A stretch of 64,000 bases of DNA. Origin: an uncultured Actinomycetes bacterium. GTDB taxonomy: Bacteria > Actinomycetota > Thermoleophilia > UBA2241. How positions within the stretch are numbered: the first letter of the stretch is position 1; the number at the start of each line of letters is the position of its first letter. The notes under the pieces were generated by a model. The model did no database searches. It saw only the letters and a list, made by a program, of their open reading frames with translations, and had not been told where the DNA came from. Below, piece by piece: positions 9,986 through 19,134 of the stretch. The stretch lies in assembly GCA_963767005.1 (NCBI GenBank), contig CAVYCN010000002.1, positions 448,001 to 512,000 on the forward strand, given 5' to 3'. Position numbers and translations under genes: made by a program.

Positions 9986-12900
9986 TCAGATCCTTTGCGT
10001 CTCTTGGTCGATCTCTTCTTCGGCCATGCGGGCGCTCACGACGTGCGAGGTGCCGTCGGCCCCCATGGTCACGCCGTACAGCAGGTCGGCCGCCTCCATG
10101 GTGCGCTTCTGGTGCGTGATGATGAGGAACTGCGTGCGCGTCCGGTACTCGCGCACGAGCGACACGAACAGCCCGATGTTGATGTCGTCGAGGGCCGCTT
10201 CGACCTCGTCCAGGATGTAGAAGGGGCACGTCCGCGAGAGCAGCAGCGCGAGCAGAAAGGCCAGGGCCACGAGCGACCGCTCGCCGCCCGACAGCAGGGC
10301 CAGCTTGCGGCCGAGCTTGCGCGCCGGCTTGACCTCGATCGCCACGCCGGGCGGCTCGTCGTCCTCGCCGGGGACGGTCGTGAGGCGCCCGCGACCGCCG
10401 GGGAACAGGATCTCGACCATGTGGGCGAAGTTGTCCTGGACCACGGCGAACGTCTCGTCGAAGTCGACCTCGATGCGCCGGGTGAGCTCGACGATCAGCG
10501 TCTCGGTCTCGTCGAGCGAGCGCTCGAGGTCGCGGCGCTGCTCGCGCAGGAACTCGACGTGCTCCGTGAGGCGGGCGCACTCGGCCTCGGCCAGTGGGTT
10601 CACCGGACCGACGCCCTCGCGGCGGCGCTCAAGCCGGTCGAGCCGGCCCCGCAGGGCGATCGCGTCGTCGTCGCTTGCCGGCGGTTCGAAGGAGCTGATC
10701 TCGAGGATCGACGCGATCTCCTCGAAACGGGTCGCGACCTCGAGGCGACGCTCCTCGAGGCGCGCCACCGCGACCTGGGCGGTCGCACGCGCGTCGCCGA
10801 GACCGTCGATCTCGTGGCGCAGCGCCACCTCCTCTTCGGCCAGGCGACGGGCGTCGCCGCGCTCGCGCACGCGGCCCTCAGCCTCACGAGCCTCGTCGGC
10901 GAGGCGCGCGATGAGAGGCTCGATACCGGCCTGCAGGCCGGCCAGCGCCACCGCCACCTCGTCGCAGGCCGCGGCGGCGGCCGGCACGCTCGAGAGGCGC
11001 CGCTCGACCTCGACCAGGCGCGCCCTGGCCGCGGCCGCGCGGCGCCGCGCGTGGTCGCGCTCGTCGGACGCGCGCTGCGCCCGGGCGCGCCGCTCGTCGA
11101 GCTCGATGCGGGCGTGGGTCAGAGCCGCGAGCGCCTCGTGGTGGGCTGCTTCGCGCTCTGCGGCGGCGGCCTCGGCCGCGGCGAGCGTGTTCTGGGCGGT
11201 CGTCCGCCGCTCATCGAGCTCGGCAGACCGCTCCGCCAGTCGCGCCAGCTCGGCGGCGAGGTCGTCCGACTCGCCGGCGGCCGCGGCGGCGGCCTCGCGC
11301 AGCCGCGCGGTGCGCTCGACCGCCATGCGGCGCTCGGCGGCGACGGCGGCCTCGCGGCGGCGGGCCGCGTCGAGGGCCGTGCCGGCGTCGTCGAGCACAG
11401 CCGCGGCGGCGGTGCGCGCCGCCGCCGCGGCGGCGGCGTCGGCCGCCGCGCTCGCCGCGCCGGCGTCGGTGGTCGCCCGCTGCTCGACGAGCGCGTCGCG
11501 CCGCTGCGTGAGAGCCACCGATCGGGCGCGGCGCTCCACCATGAGGGCGCTCGGCAGCCCCGCGGCGAGGCCGAGCTGGCCGGTCGCGGGCCGGTAGTAG
11601 GCGCCGTCTCGCGTCACCGCGAGTCCCGAGAAGGCGTCGGGCACGGCGGCGAGATCGTCGACCACCACGACGTCGGCGACGAGACCGCCCACGGCCTCGT
11701 CATCGCCGCTCACCACCTCGGCCAGGGGCCGCCCCCCGGGCAGTCCGGCCGGCGCCGCCATCCGGGCGCGCGGTACGAGCAGACGGGCGAGGCGCACGCC
11801 GGCCGCGCGCAGAGCCTCGAGCAGCGGCCACTGGTCCGCGCGCCGGGGCACGGCCAGCGTACCGGGATGCTGCGCCAGGGCCGCGCCGAGCGCGAGCTCG
11901 TAGCCGGGCTCGCAGCGGAGCGCCGCCGCGAGCTCGACCACGCCGGCGTAGCGCTCGGCCACGCCGAGCACCGCGCCGTCGACCTCGCGCAGCTCCGCAA
12001 GCGACGCCTCGGCGTGGTCGAGCTCGGCGGTCACGCCGGCCAGCTCGCCGGCCAGACTCCGTTGCGCGTCGCCGGCGCGCGCGGCCGCGTCCTGCGCCGC
12101 GTCGGCTGCCGCGACCGCCCCCTCGAGCGCCGCCTCGGCCATGGCCAGCGCCGCGGCGGCCGCCTCGCGCGCCGCGCTCGCGTCGCGCTCGCCCGCGGCG
12201 AGGTGGGCGACGGTCTCGTCGCCGGCGCGCGCCTCGGCCTCGAGACGCGTGCGCTCCGCGAGCGTCGTCGCACGGCGCTGCTCGGCGAGCGCGCGTCGGG
12301 CCGTTGTCGTGTCGCGCTCGACGTCGAGCGTCGCCGCCGCCGTGCGCGCTGCGGCGAGCGCCTGACGCGCCGCCGCCAGCGCCGCCGCACTCCCGGCCTG
12401 CGCCGCCTGCGCGGCCTCGAGGGCGCGCTCGTACTCGGCAAGCGCCGTGTCGACCGGCTCCGACTCGGCGCCGGCCTCGGTGGCGGCCAGCTCGGCCACC
12501 AGGCTCGCGCGTTCGTCGTCGGCGCTGCGACGCAGCTCGCCGAGGAGCGTCCCGCGCTGCTCGATCAGGCTGCGGCACCCGGCCAGTCGATCACCCAGGT
12601 AGCGCGCGCGCAGCGCCCGGCCGGCGCGACGCTCGCGCTCGCGAGCGTCGCGCGCGAGCGACTCCTCTTCGGCCAGTCGCGCTCGCTCGGCGGCCGCCAG
12701 GCGCTCGTCGATCGACGCCCTGCGGGCGGCGACCGTGGCGACCGCCTCGCGCTCCTCGGCCAGGCCCGCGTCGAGCGCCTCAAGCTCGCCGGCGAGCAGC
12801 CGGCCGCGGAGCTCGGCCATCTCGTGCTCGATCGCGCGCAAGGTCTCGGCTGCGCTCGCCTGCCGGCGCAGCGGCGCGAGCTGCAGGCCGGCCTCGCGTT

Positions 12901-13483
12901 CGAGGTCCCGGGCGCGCTCGAGGTTGCGGCGCACCTCACGGAGCTTGATCTCGGCACGCTCGCGGCGGCGCTTGTAGCGGCCCAGCCCGGCTGCCTCCTC
13001 GACCAGGGCGCGGCGCTCCTGGGGCTTGGCCGCGAGCAGGGTCTCGACCTTCCCCTGGCCGATGATCGAGTGCATCTCTCGACCCAGACCGAGCTCGGCC
13101 GTAAGCTCGATGACGTCGGTGAGGCGACAGCCGGCCCGGTTGATCGTGTACGTCGTCTCGCCGCCGCGCACGACGCGGCGGCCGATGCTGACCTCGGGAG
13201 TGGGCACCGACAGGGCGCCGTCGGCGTTGTCGAACGTCAGCTCGACCTCGGCGACGGCCGCCGGGCGCCGGCCGTCGCTGCCGGCGAAGATCACGTCCTG
13301 CATGGAGGTGCCGCGGATGCTCGTCGGGCTCTGCTCGCCGAGCACCCACATGACCGCGTCGGCGATGTTGCTCTTGCCGCTGCCGTTCGGCCCGATCACC
13401 ACGGCCACGCCCGGCTCGAAGACCAGCTCGGTCTGCCGCGAGAACGACTTGAAGCCCTTCATGCGCAGCGAGCGCAGGTACAC
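9986..13483 (-). CDS. smc: Chromosome segregation protein SMC
   Basis: Walker A GPNGSGKSN, long coiled coils, LSGGERS signature and ILDEVEAALD. Confidence 0.95.
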   Translation of the reverse strand: MYLRSLRMKGFKSFSRQTELVFEPGVAVVIGPNGSGKSNIADAVMWVLGEQSPTSIRGTSMQDVIFAGSDGRRPAAVAEVELTFDNADGALSVPTPEVSIGRRVVRGGETTYTINRAGCRLTDVIELTAELGLGREMHSIIGQGKVETLLAAKPQERRALVEEAAGLGRYKRRRERAEIKLREVRRNLERARDLEREAGLQLAPLRRQASAAETLRAIEHEMAELRGRLLAGELEALDAGLAEEREAVATVAARRASIDERLAAAERARLAEEESLARDARERERRAGRALRARYLGDRLAGCRSLIEQRGTLLGELRRSADDERASLVAELAATEAGAESEPVDTALAEYERALEAAQAAQAGSAAALAAARQALAAARTAAATLDVERDTTTARRALAEQRRATTLAERTRLEAEARAGDETVAHLAAGERDASAAREAAAAALAMAEAALEGAVAAADAAQDAAARAGDAQRSLAGELAGVTAELDHAEASLAELREVDGAVLGVAERYAGVVELAAALRCEPGYELALGAALAQHPGTLAVPRRADQWPLLEALRAAGVRLARLLVPRARMAAPAGLPGGRPLAEVVSGDDEAVGGLVADVVVVDDLAAVPDAFSGLAVTRDGAYYRPATGQLGLAAGLPSALMVERRARSVALTQRRDALVEQRATTDAGAASAAADAAAAAAARTAAAAVLDDAGTALDAARRREAAVAAERRMAVERTARLREAAAAAAGESDDLAAELARLAERSAELDERRTTAQNTLAAAEAAAAEREAAHHEALAALTHARIELDERRARAQRASDERDHARRRAAAARARLVEVERRLSSVPAAAAACDEVAVALAGLQAGIEPLIARLADEAREAEGRVRERGDARRLAEEEVALRHEIDGLGDARATAQVAVARLEERRLEVATRFEEIASILEISSFEPPASDDDAIALRGRLDRLERRREGVGPVNPLAEAECARLTEHVEFLREQRRDLERSLDETETLIVELTRRIEVDFDETFAVVQDNFAHMVEILFPGGRGRLTTVPGEDDEPPGVAIEVKPARKLGRKLALLSGGERSLVALAFLLALLLSRTCPFYILDEVEAALDDINIGLFVSLVREYRTRTQFLIITHQKRTMEAADLLYGVTMGADGTSHVVSARMAEEEIDQETQRI

Positions 13484-13489
13484 CCTCGG

Positions 13490-14431
13490 TTACACCCCGC
13501 CGTCCGCCGCGGGACCGTCGCCCGCCGGAGCGTCGGCGCCCTCGCCGGTCGCGCGCGGCGCCGGAGCGTCGGCGCTCTCGCCGGCTGTCCGCGATGCCCT
13601 GGCGTCGCCGCCCTCGCCGGTCGCGGGCGTCGCGGCGGAGCCGCCGCCCTCGCTCGTCTCGCCCTCGACCACCCCGACGACGCCCGAACCGCCGTCGGCG
13701 GCCGCCTCGGGCACGCTCCGGCGCCGGCCCCGCAGCCGTACACGGCGACGCTTGGGCCGGTCGTCGCGGTTGAGCTCGCGTAGCGCCTCGGCCGCGGCAT
13801 CCTGCTCGGCGCGCTTCTTGCTGGCGCCGACGCCGCGACCGACGGCCTGGCCGTCGACCACCGCGTCGAGCACGAACTGGCGCGCATGCGGCGGGCCGAT
13901 GGTCTCGACCAGCCGGTACGACACCGCTCGTCCCGTCTTGGCGAGCTGCTCCTGCAACTCCGTCTTGAAGTCGACGTAGCTGCGCTCGGCGAACGAGATG
14001 TGCTCGGCGAAGGCCTCGATCACGGCGGGTCGCACCACGTCGAAGCCATACGTCAGGTAGATGGCGCCGATCAGAGACTCGGTCATGTCGGCGAGGATGT
14101 TCTCGTTGCCGACGAGCTGGTCGAGCTCGTCCGGGTCGTGCCCCGACCCGAAGCGTCGCACGAACGACGGCAGCCCGAGGCGTCCGGCGACCTTGCAACA
14201 GGTGGCCCGACTCACGACATAGGCGCGCAGCCGGGCGAGGCTGCCCTCGGAGTGTTCCGGGAAGCGGCGGTAGAGCTCGGTCGTCACCGCCAGGCTGAGT
14301 ACGCTGTCGCCCAGGAACTCGAGGCGCTCGTAGGAGCGTCCCCGTTCGGCGACCCAGGACGAGTGCGTGAAGACCTGGCGCAACAGCCCGTCGTCGAGCT
14401 GCTCCGCCAGAGCCAGCAGACGCCACATCAT
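13490..14431 (-). CDS. rnc: Ribonuclease III with low-complexity C-terminal tail
   Basis: Catalytic ERLEFLGDS; dsRBD (DFKTELQE...SKKRAEQDAA). Confidence 0.95.
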   Translation of the reverse strand: MMWRLLALAEQLDDGLLRQVFTHSSWVAERGRSYERLEFLGDSVLSLAVTTELYRRFPEHSEGSLARLRAYVVSRATCCKVAGRLGLPSFVRRFGSGHDPDELDQLVGNENILADMTESLIGAIYLTYGFDVVRPAVIEAFAEHISFAERSYVDFKTELQEQLAKTGRAVSYRLVETIGPPHARQFVLDAVVDGQAVGRGVGASKKRAEQDAAAEALRELNRDDRPKRRRVRLRGRRRSVPEAAADGGSGVVGVVEGETSEGGGSAATPATGEGGDARASRTAGESADAPAPRATGEGADAPAGDGPAADGGV

Positions 14432-14535
14432 GTGTCTGTCGTTCCCCTTATGGAAGAGGGGCCGGCTCCACGACGATGCGAAGGGAGGCGGCCCCGTTGC
14501 TGCCCGCGGTGGACGACCCGCAGCCTGTCACGTAC

Positions 14536-14778
14536 CTAGCTCAGGCGCCCCATCACGAAGTCGACGGCGTCGCCGACCGTCTTGATGCCGGCCGCCTCTT
14601 CGTCGGTGATCTTCATGCCGAACTTGTCTTCCATGGTCATGACCAGCTCCACGAGGTCCAGCGAGTCGGTCTCGAGATCCTCCTGGAACCGCGCGTCGAG
14701 CGTGACCTTGTCTTCGTCGACGCTCAGCGTCTCAACGAGGATCGACTTGACCTGCTCGAAGACTTCTTCCCTCGTCAT
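14536..14778 (-). CDS. acpP: Acyl carrier protein
   Basis: Motif [13 protein letters not shown] at 14778 follows GGAGG. Confidence 0.96.
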   Translation of the reverse strand: MTREEVFEQVKSILVETLSVDEDKVTLDARFQEDLETDSLDLVELVMTMEDKFGMKITDEEAAGIKTVGDAVDFVMGRLS

Positions 14779-14809
14779 GCAGTGACCTCCGGCCGCGGAT
14801 TTGAAGGCG

Positions 14810-14837
14810 AGTCTACCAGAACCCCAAAGGCGTGCAA
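14810..14837 (-). promoter_or_regulatory. SigA-type promoter for acpP
   Basis: TTGCAC-N16-TAGACT with an extended TG. Confidence 0.6.
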
Positions 14838-14874
14838 CACAGCCCGGATCGACGATCGACCGCATCTGGGCTGC

Positions 14875-16020
14875 TCATGGCCGCGCGACTCCGTCGGGCG
14901 ACTCGACGACGGCGTCGGCCGCCGCCGCGGAGGCATCGGCGGCGGTCGCCGGAGACGCAGCGGCGACGGCCGCCGGCCCGGCGCCCACGCGCCGCGCGAT
15001 GGTCGGCAGCAGATCGCTCGTCACGCCGCGCGAGGCGGTGCGCACCGCGTTGGCCACGCCCTCGGCCCCCGAGCTGCCGTGCCCCACGATCATGGGATGG
15101 CGCAGGCCCAGCAGATAGGCGCCGCCGTACTGCTCGGGGTCGAGCGCCTGGGCGATCTTGCGCAGGTCACGCGACATGATGGCGGCGCCGACCTTGGCGC
15201 GCCATGAGCCGAGCACGGCGTTGCGGATCTCGCCCACCACCGCGCGCGCCGTGCCCTCGAAGACCTTGAGGGCGACGTTGCCCGAGAAGCCGTCGGCGAC
15301 GACGACGTCGACACGGTGATGGGTCAGGTCGCGGCCCTCGACGTTGCCGTAGAAGTTGATCTGCGGATCGGCGGCCATGAGCCGGTGGGCCTCGATCACG
15401 AGCGCGGTGCCCTTGGTCGGCTCCTCGCCGATCGACAGCAGCCCTACGGTCGGGTCCTCGATGCCGAGCACCTCCTGGGCGAACGCCTGGCCGAGCACGG
15501 CGAACTGGCGCAGCGCCTCGGGGCGTACCTCGGCGTTGGCGCCGGCGTCGAGGAAGACCACGGGCAGGGGCACCGCCGGCAGCAGCGTGCAGAGCGCCGG
15601 GCGCAGCACGCCCCTGATGCGGTGCACGTGGAGGAGGCCGGCCGCCAGGGCCGCGCCCGTGTTGCCCATCGTGACGAAGGCGTCGGCCTGACCGTCGGCC
15701 ACGAGACGAGCGGCGACCACGAGCGACGACTGGGGCCGGCCGCGCACCGCCTCGACGGGCTCGTCGCCCGAGCCGATCCGGTCGGTCGCCGGCACGATCT
15801 CGACGTGCGGATGGCCGGACGGCACGAGCGCGCGCAGACGGTCCTCGGGCCCGACCAGCACCACGCGCAGCAGCTCGCCGGCGGCCCGCAGGGAGCCCTC
15901 GACCACCACCTCGGGGGCGTGGTCGCCGCCCAGGGCGTCGACCGCCACGCGCACGACGACGCCGGCCTTCTGCGCCGTAAGGGCGGCCTGGATGTCGTGC
16001 GGGGTCAGAAGCCTGCTCAA
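14875..16020 (-). CDS. plsX: Phosphate acyltransferase PlsX
   Basis: Motifs VAVDALGGDHAP, GNTGA, LDAGAN and DGFSGNVALK. Confidence 0.95.
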   Translation of the reverse strand: MSRLLTPHDIQAALTAQKAGVVVRVAVDALGGDHAPEVVVEGSLRAAGELLRVVLVGPEDRLRALVPSGHPHVEIVPATDRIGSGDEPVEAVRGRPQSSLVVAARLVADGQADAFVTMGNTGAALAAGLLHVHRIRGVLRPALCTLLPAVPLPVVFLDAGANAEVRPEALRQFAVLGQAFAQEVLGIEDPTVGLLSIGEEPTKGTALVIEAHRLMAADPQINFYGNVEGRDLTHHRVDVVVADGFSGNVALKVFEGTARAVVGEIRNAVLGSWRAKVGAAIMSRDLRKIAQALDPEQYGGAYLLGLRHPMIVGHGSSGAEGVANAVRTASRGVTSDLLPTIARRVGAGPAAVAAASPATAADASAAAADAVVESPDGVARP

Positions 16021-16023
16021 GGT

Positions 16024-17085
16024 CTACCGGCCGAGGTCGGTCAGGAGCCGGTCGATATCGACGTGATCGGCGATCTCGGCCGCGATCAGGTCGAGCTTGC
16101 GCCGGTCGTGCACGCCGAGCTGACCGAACAGCCGCCGGATGCCGTCGATCGCCGTGACCGTGTCGGTCGCGACCGACACGATCGGCACGCCGAGCTCGTC
16201 GGCGCGCGCCAGTACCGCGGGGCTCGGCACGTAGTTGCCGGTGAGCACGATGGCCGCGGTGGGTGTGTCGAGCGCAGCGAGGATGATCTCGGAGCGGTCG
16301 CCGCCTACCACGACGACCTTGTGGGCGGCGTTCTGGAAGTACCGCATGGCGTGCTCGGGACTCATGGCGCCGATCAGGTAGGTCTCGGCCATGGCGTCGC
16401 CGTGTTCCTCGCCGCAGATGTAGGTGGCGCCGAGCGCTGCCACGATCTCGGAGACGGTCACGGCCGCCAGGCGCTGACTAGCCGGCAGCACGCCGTAGGT
16501 CGTGATGCCCTGCTCGTCGAGGAAGCGCACGTACTCGCCCCGCACGAGCGCGAGGCGGGACTCGGGGACCATGTTGAAGACCGCGCCGAGCAGGGCGTCC
16601 TTTAGCCCGTCCTTGACGTAGCACACGTCGTCGAGCAGGCGCGCGCCGGCGAAGCGCGCCACGATGAGCGCGCGCAGGTCGAGGCGGGCGACGACGTCGG
16701 CGCCGCTCGCCTGCAGGAAGCGCCCCTGCCAGATCTCGCCGAGGCCCTCGCAGATCACGAGGTCGCGTCCCTCGCGCACGCGCTCGTACGCCGCCACGAC
16801 GCGCGCCAGGGTGTCGACGTCGGAACCGGCGAGCACTTCGTGGAGGGCGCCCTCGTCCAACACGACGGGGCAGAGATCGGCGAGCGGCGTGTCGAGGCCG
16901 AGCACGTCGGCAACGAAGCGGGCGTCGTCGTCGACCAGGTCGCCGTCGGCGCCCCTGGGCACGATGCCCACCGGCTTGAAGTAGCCGACGTCGAGGCCAC
17001 GGGCACGCAGCGCGAGCGACAGGCCGACCGCGAGCGTCGTCTTGCCGCCGCTACCTTCGGTCGAAGCGATGTACAGCGATCTCAT
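16024..17085 (-). CDS. Stand-alone phosphotransacetylase N-terminal-type protein (BioD-like P-loop + DRTGG)
   Basis: Motifs GSGGKTT, GYFKP, VICEG, VGGDRSEI and IVLTG. No PTA_PTB catalytic domain. Confidence 0.85.
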   Translation of the reverse strand: MRSLYIASTEGSGGKTTLAVGLSLALRARGLDVGYFKPVGIVPRGADGDLVDDDARFVADVLGLDTPLADLCPVVLDEGALHEVLAGSDVDTLARVVAAYERVREGRDLVICEGLGEIWQGRFLQASGADVVARLDLRALIVARFAGARLLDDVCYVKDGLKDALLGAVFNMVPESRLALVRGEYVRFLDEQGITTYGVLPASQRLAAVTVSEIVAALGATYICGEEHGDAMAETYLIGAMSPEHAMRYFQNAAHKVVVVGGDRSEIILAALDTPTAAIVLTGNYVPSPAVLARADELGVPIVSVATDTVTAIDGIRRLFGQLGVHDRRKLDLIAAEIADHVDIDRLLTDLGR

Positions 17086-17148
17086 GGGCACGCTCCGTGC
17101 AGGCGGTCGGCGCCGCGCGACGCCGGCCCCAGGCGTTCCTCGCGACCG

Positions 17149-17340
17149 CTACTTCTTCTTCTCGGTCTCGAGAGGGATGACCTCGCGGCCCTTGTAGGTG
17201 CCGCACTTGGGGCAAGCCCGGTGGGGAAGCTTGGGGCTCTTGCACTGCGGACAGACGCTGGCGGTCTCGACGCTGAGCTTGTGCTGGGCCCGGCGCGAGT
17301 CGCGCTTGCTCTTCGAAGTCTTTCTCTTGGGAACTGGCAT
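17149..17340 (-). CDS. rpmF: 50S ribosomal protein L32 (Zn-ribbon form)
   Basis: [14 protein letters not shown]...CPKC. Confidence 0.97.
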   Translation of the reverse strand: MPVPKRKTSKSKRDSRRAQHKLSVETASVCPQCKSPKLPHRACPKCGTYKGREVIPLETEKKK

Positions 17341-17371
17341 CGTGTCTCACTTCTCGGTTCGCGGACGCTCT

Positions 17372-17400
17372 ACTTTACCGTTGCCGCGCCGCTGTGTCCA
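17372..17400 (-). promoter_or_regulatory. SigA-type promoter for rpmF
   Basis: TGGACA-N17-TAAAGT. Confidence 0.6.
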
Positions 17401-17473
17401 AACCGGCCCGCCCCGCGTGCCGCCGAGCGCCTTGGAGCAAAGCTTCCCCGGCTCCGGGCGTCCGAGTCGTCGC

Positions 17474-17947
17474 TCACGCCGACGGGACCTCGTCGTGGAC
17501 GTGCTCGCCCTCGATCAGGTTCAGGTCGACGCCGCACACCGGGCACAGGCCGCGACAGTCCTCGCGGCACAGCAGACGGGCCGGCATGGCCTCGGCGATC
17601 GCGTCGCGCACCCAGCGCTCGAGCTCGAGGACATAACCTGCGACGTACGGCTCGTCGTCGTCGCCTTCGGATCCGCCGTCGGCCACATAGTCGACGCAGC
17701 GCACCGGCACCTCGACCGTGGCGTCGGCGAGACACCGCTGACAGGCTCCGACGAGCCGCGCCACGGCCTCTCCCCGGATCGCTACTCGCCGTCCGACGCG
17801 GCTCACGGTGAAGTCGAGGTCGACCCCTCCACCCTCGACCTCGTACTCGAGACCGCCCACGGTGAACGGGGCGACGTCGCAGAAGAGCCGTCGCTCGGCT
17901 TCGTTGCGCTCTCCCAGTGAGAGCGGTCGTATGTTGAAACGGCGCAT
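17474..17947 (-). CDS. yceD: YceD/DUF177 family protein
   Basis: Motifs CQRCL and LCREDCRGLCPVCG; upstream of rpmF. Confidence 0.9.
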   Translation of the reverse strand: MRRFNIRPLSLGERNEAERRLFCDVAPFTVGGLEYEVEGGGVDLDFTVSRVGRRVAIRGEAVARLVGACQRCLADATVEVPVRCVDYVADGGSEGDDDEPYVAGYVLELERWVRDAIAEAMPARLLCREDCRGLCPVCGVDLNLIEGEHVHDEVPSA

Positions 17948-18011
17948 GCTCGGTAAAGACGTCGGGGCGAGCAGCCGAGAGCCGGTCCGGCGCGCTACCC
18001 CGTCAGATGAA

Positions 18012-18145
18012 GCGTGGCGCGTCTAGTCCCACGAGCGACTTCGTCGTCATGGCTCAGACGAGCGTGACTGCGTGGCGCGTCTAGTCCCACGAGCGACTTC
18101 GTCGTCATGGCTCAGACGAGCGTGACTGCGTGGCGCGTCTAGTCC
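18012..18145. repeat. 58-bp tandem repeat: 2 exact copies plus an 18-bp partial copy
   Basis: GCGTGGCGCGTCTAGTCCCACGAGCGACTTCGTCGTCATGGCTCAGACGAGCGTGACT at 18012 and 18070; its first 18 bp recur at 18128. Confidence 0.95.
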
Positions 18146-18606
18146 TGAGGCTCGGGGCCGATCGAGGGGGTCTGCAGACGCTCGCGCCCGCGGCGCACGG
18201 CCGCCAGGAACTTATCGAGATTCACCTCGAGGTTACCCAGCACCTCGTCGGCATAGTCTTCGGCGCCCAGACGGATCTCGCGCTCGCGCTCGCGCGCGTC
18301 CTCGACGATCTCGTGCGCCTGGCGCTCGGCCACCCGCACGATCTCCTCCTGGCCGGCCATCTGCTCGGCCCGCTCACTCGCCTCGCCGACGATGCGCTCG
18401 GACTCCTGCTTGGCCTCGGTCAGCATCTCCTGGCGCTCCTTGACGATCCAGCGCGCCTGCTTGACCTCTTCGGGGATCGTCGAGCGCATCTGGTCGAGCA
18501 GGTCGTAGATCTCCTCGCGGTCGATCATCACGCTGTCGGTGAGCGGGACGGAGCGGGCGTTGTGGATGAGGTCGTCCAACTTGTCGATCAGAACCAGCAC
18601 GTCCAT
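18139..18606 (-). CDS. DivIVA-like coiled-coil protein (SepIVA-like)
   Basis: ARSVPLT...IDREEIYDLLD followed by coiled coil; coaD-X-yceD position as for actinobacterial SepIVA. Confidence 0.75.
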   Translation of the reverse strand: MDVLVLIDKLDDLIHNARSVPLTDSVMIDREEIYDLLDQMRSTIPEEVKQARWIVKERQEMLTEAKQESERIVGEASERAEQMAGQEEIVRVAERQAHEIVEDAREREREIRLGAEDYADEVLGNLEVNLDKFLAAVRRGRERLQTPSIGPEPQD

Positions 18607-18632
18607 GCTGACCTACCTCTCCTTCGAGGCGC

Positions 18633-19130
18633 TTACGCCTTTCGCGGGAACAGTTCGGCGAACCGCCGGGCCACGGCCGGTGGCACGAGGTCGTCGACGG
18701 ACCCGCCGAACGTGGCGATCTCCTTCACGCCGCTCGAGCTCAGGAAGGCGTGCTCCGGCGAGGCCATCATGAAGATCGTTTCGATGTCGGGCGCCAGCTT
18801 CCTATTGAGCTGGGCCATCGCGAACTCGTACTCGAAGTCGGAGATGGCGCGCAGCCCCTTGAGGATGACGTTGGCCTCCCAGCGGCGGGCGAACTCCACC
18901 ACGAGCTCGTTGAAGCGGTCGACGTAGACGTTGGGGTAGTCGGCCACGGCCTGGCGCAGGAACTCGGCGCGCTCGGCCGGTGTGAACATGGTCTGCTTGC
19001 GCACGGGGTACTCGATCAGCCCCACGACGACGCGCCGGAACGTGTGCGCGCCGCGCGTGATGATGTCGAGATGACCGACCGTGACGGGATCGAAGGTCCC
19101 CGGACAGATCGCGGTGACGTTGCTCGGCAC
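18633..19130 (-). CDS. coaD: Phosphopantetheine adenylyltransferase
   Basis: Motifs PGTFDPVTVGHLDII, KGLRAISDFEYE and LSSSGVKE. Confidence 0.96.
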   Translation of the reverse strand: MPSNVTAICPGTFDPVTVGHLDIITRGAHTFRRVVVGLIEYPVRKQTMFTPAERAEFLRQAVADYPNVYVDRFNELVVEFARRWEANVILKGLRAISDFEYEFAMAQLNRKLAPDIETIFMMASPEHAFLSSSGVKEIATFGGSVDDLVPPAVARRFAELFPRKA

Positions 19131-19134
19131 GCTC

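Noticed and set aside
9995-13783. 1262-aa + strand ORF and other long + strand ORFs (e.g. 6889-9417, 19081-22011, 25089-27680, 57341-59566)
   Set aside because: Antisense shadows of real genes caused by high-GC codon bias; no recognisable motifs.
16575-16605. CTAAAG inside the DRTGG gene as another sigma28 promoter
   Set aside because: No GCCGA-like -10 box at 15-16 nt spacing.
18012-18145. Mini CRISPR array (18-bp repeats with 40-bp spacers)
   Set aside because: The spacers are identical, the repeat is too short and there are no cas genes; it is a tandem repeat.
18012-18145. Hammerhead ribozyme in the branched repeat unit
   Set aside because: The CUGANGA and GAAA core motifs are not present on either strand.
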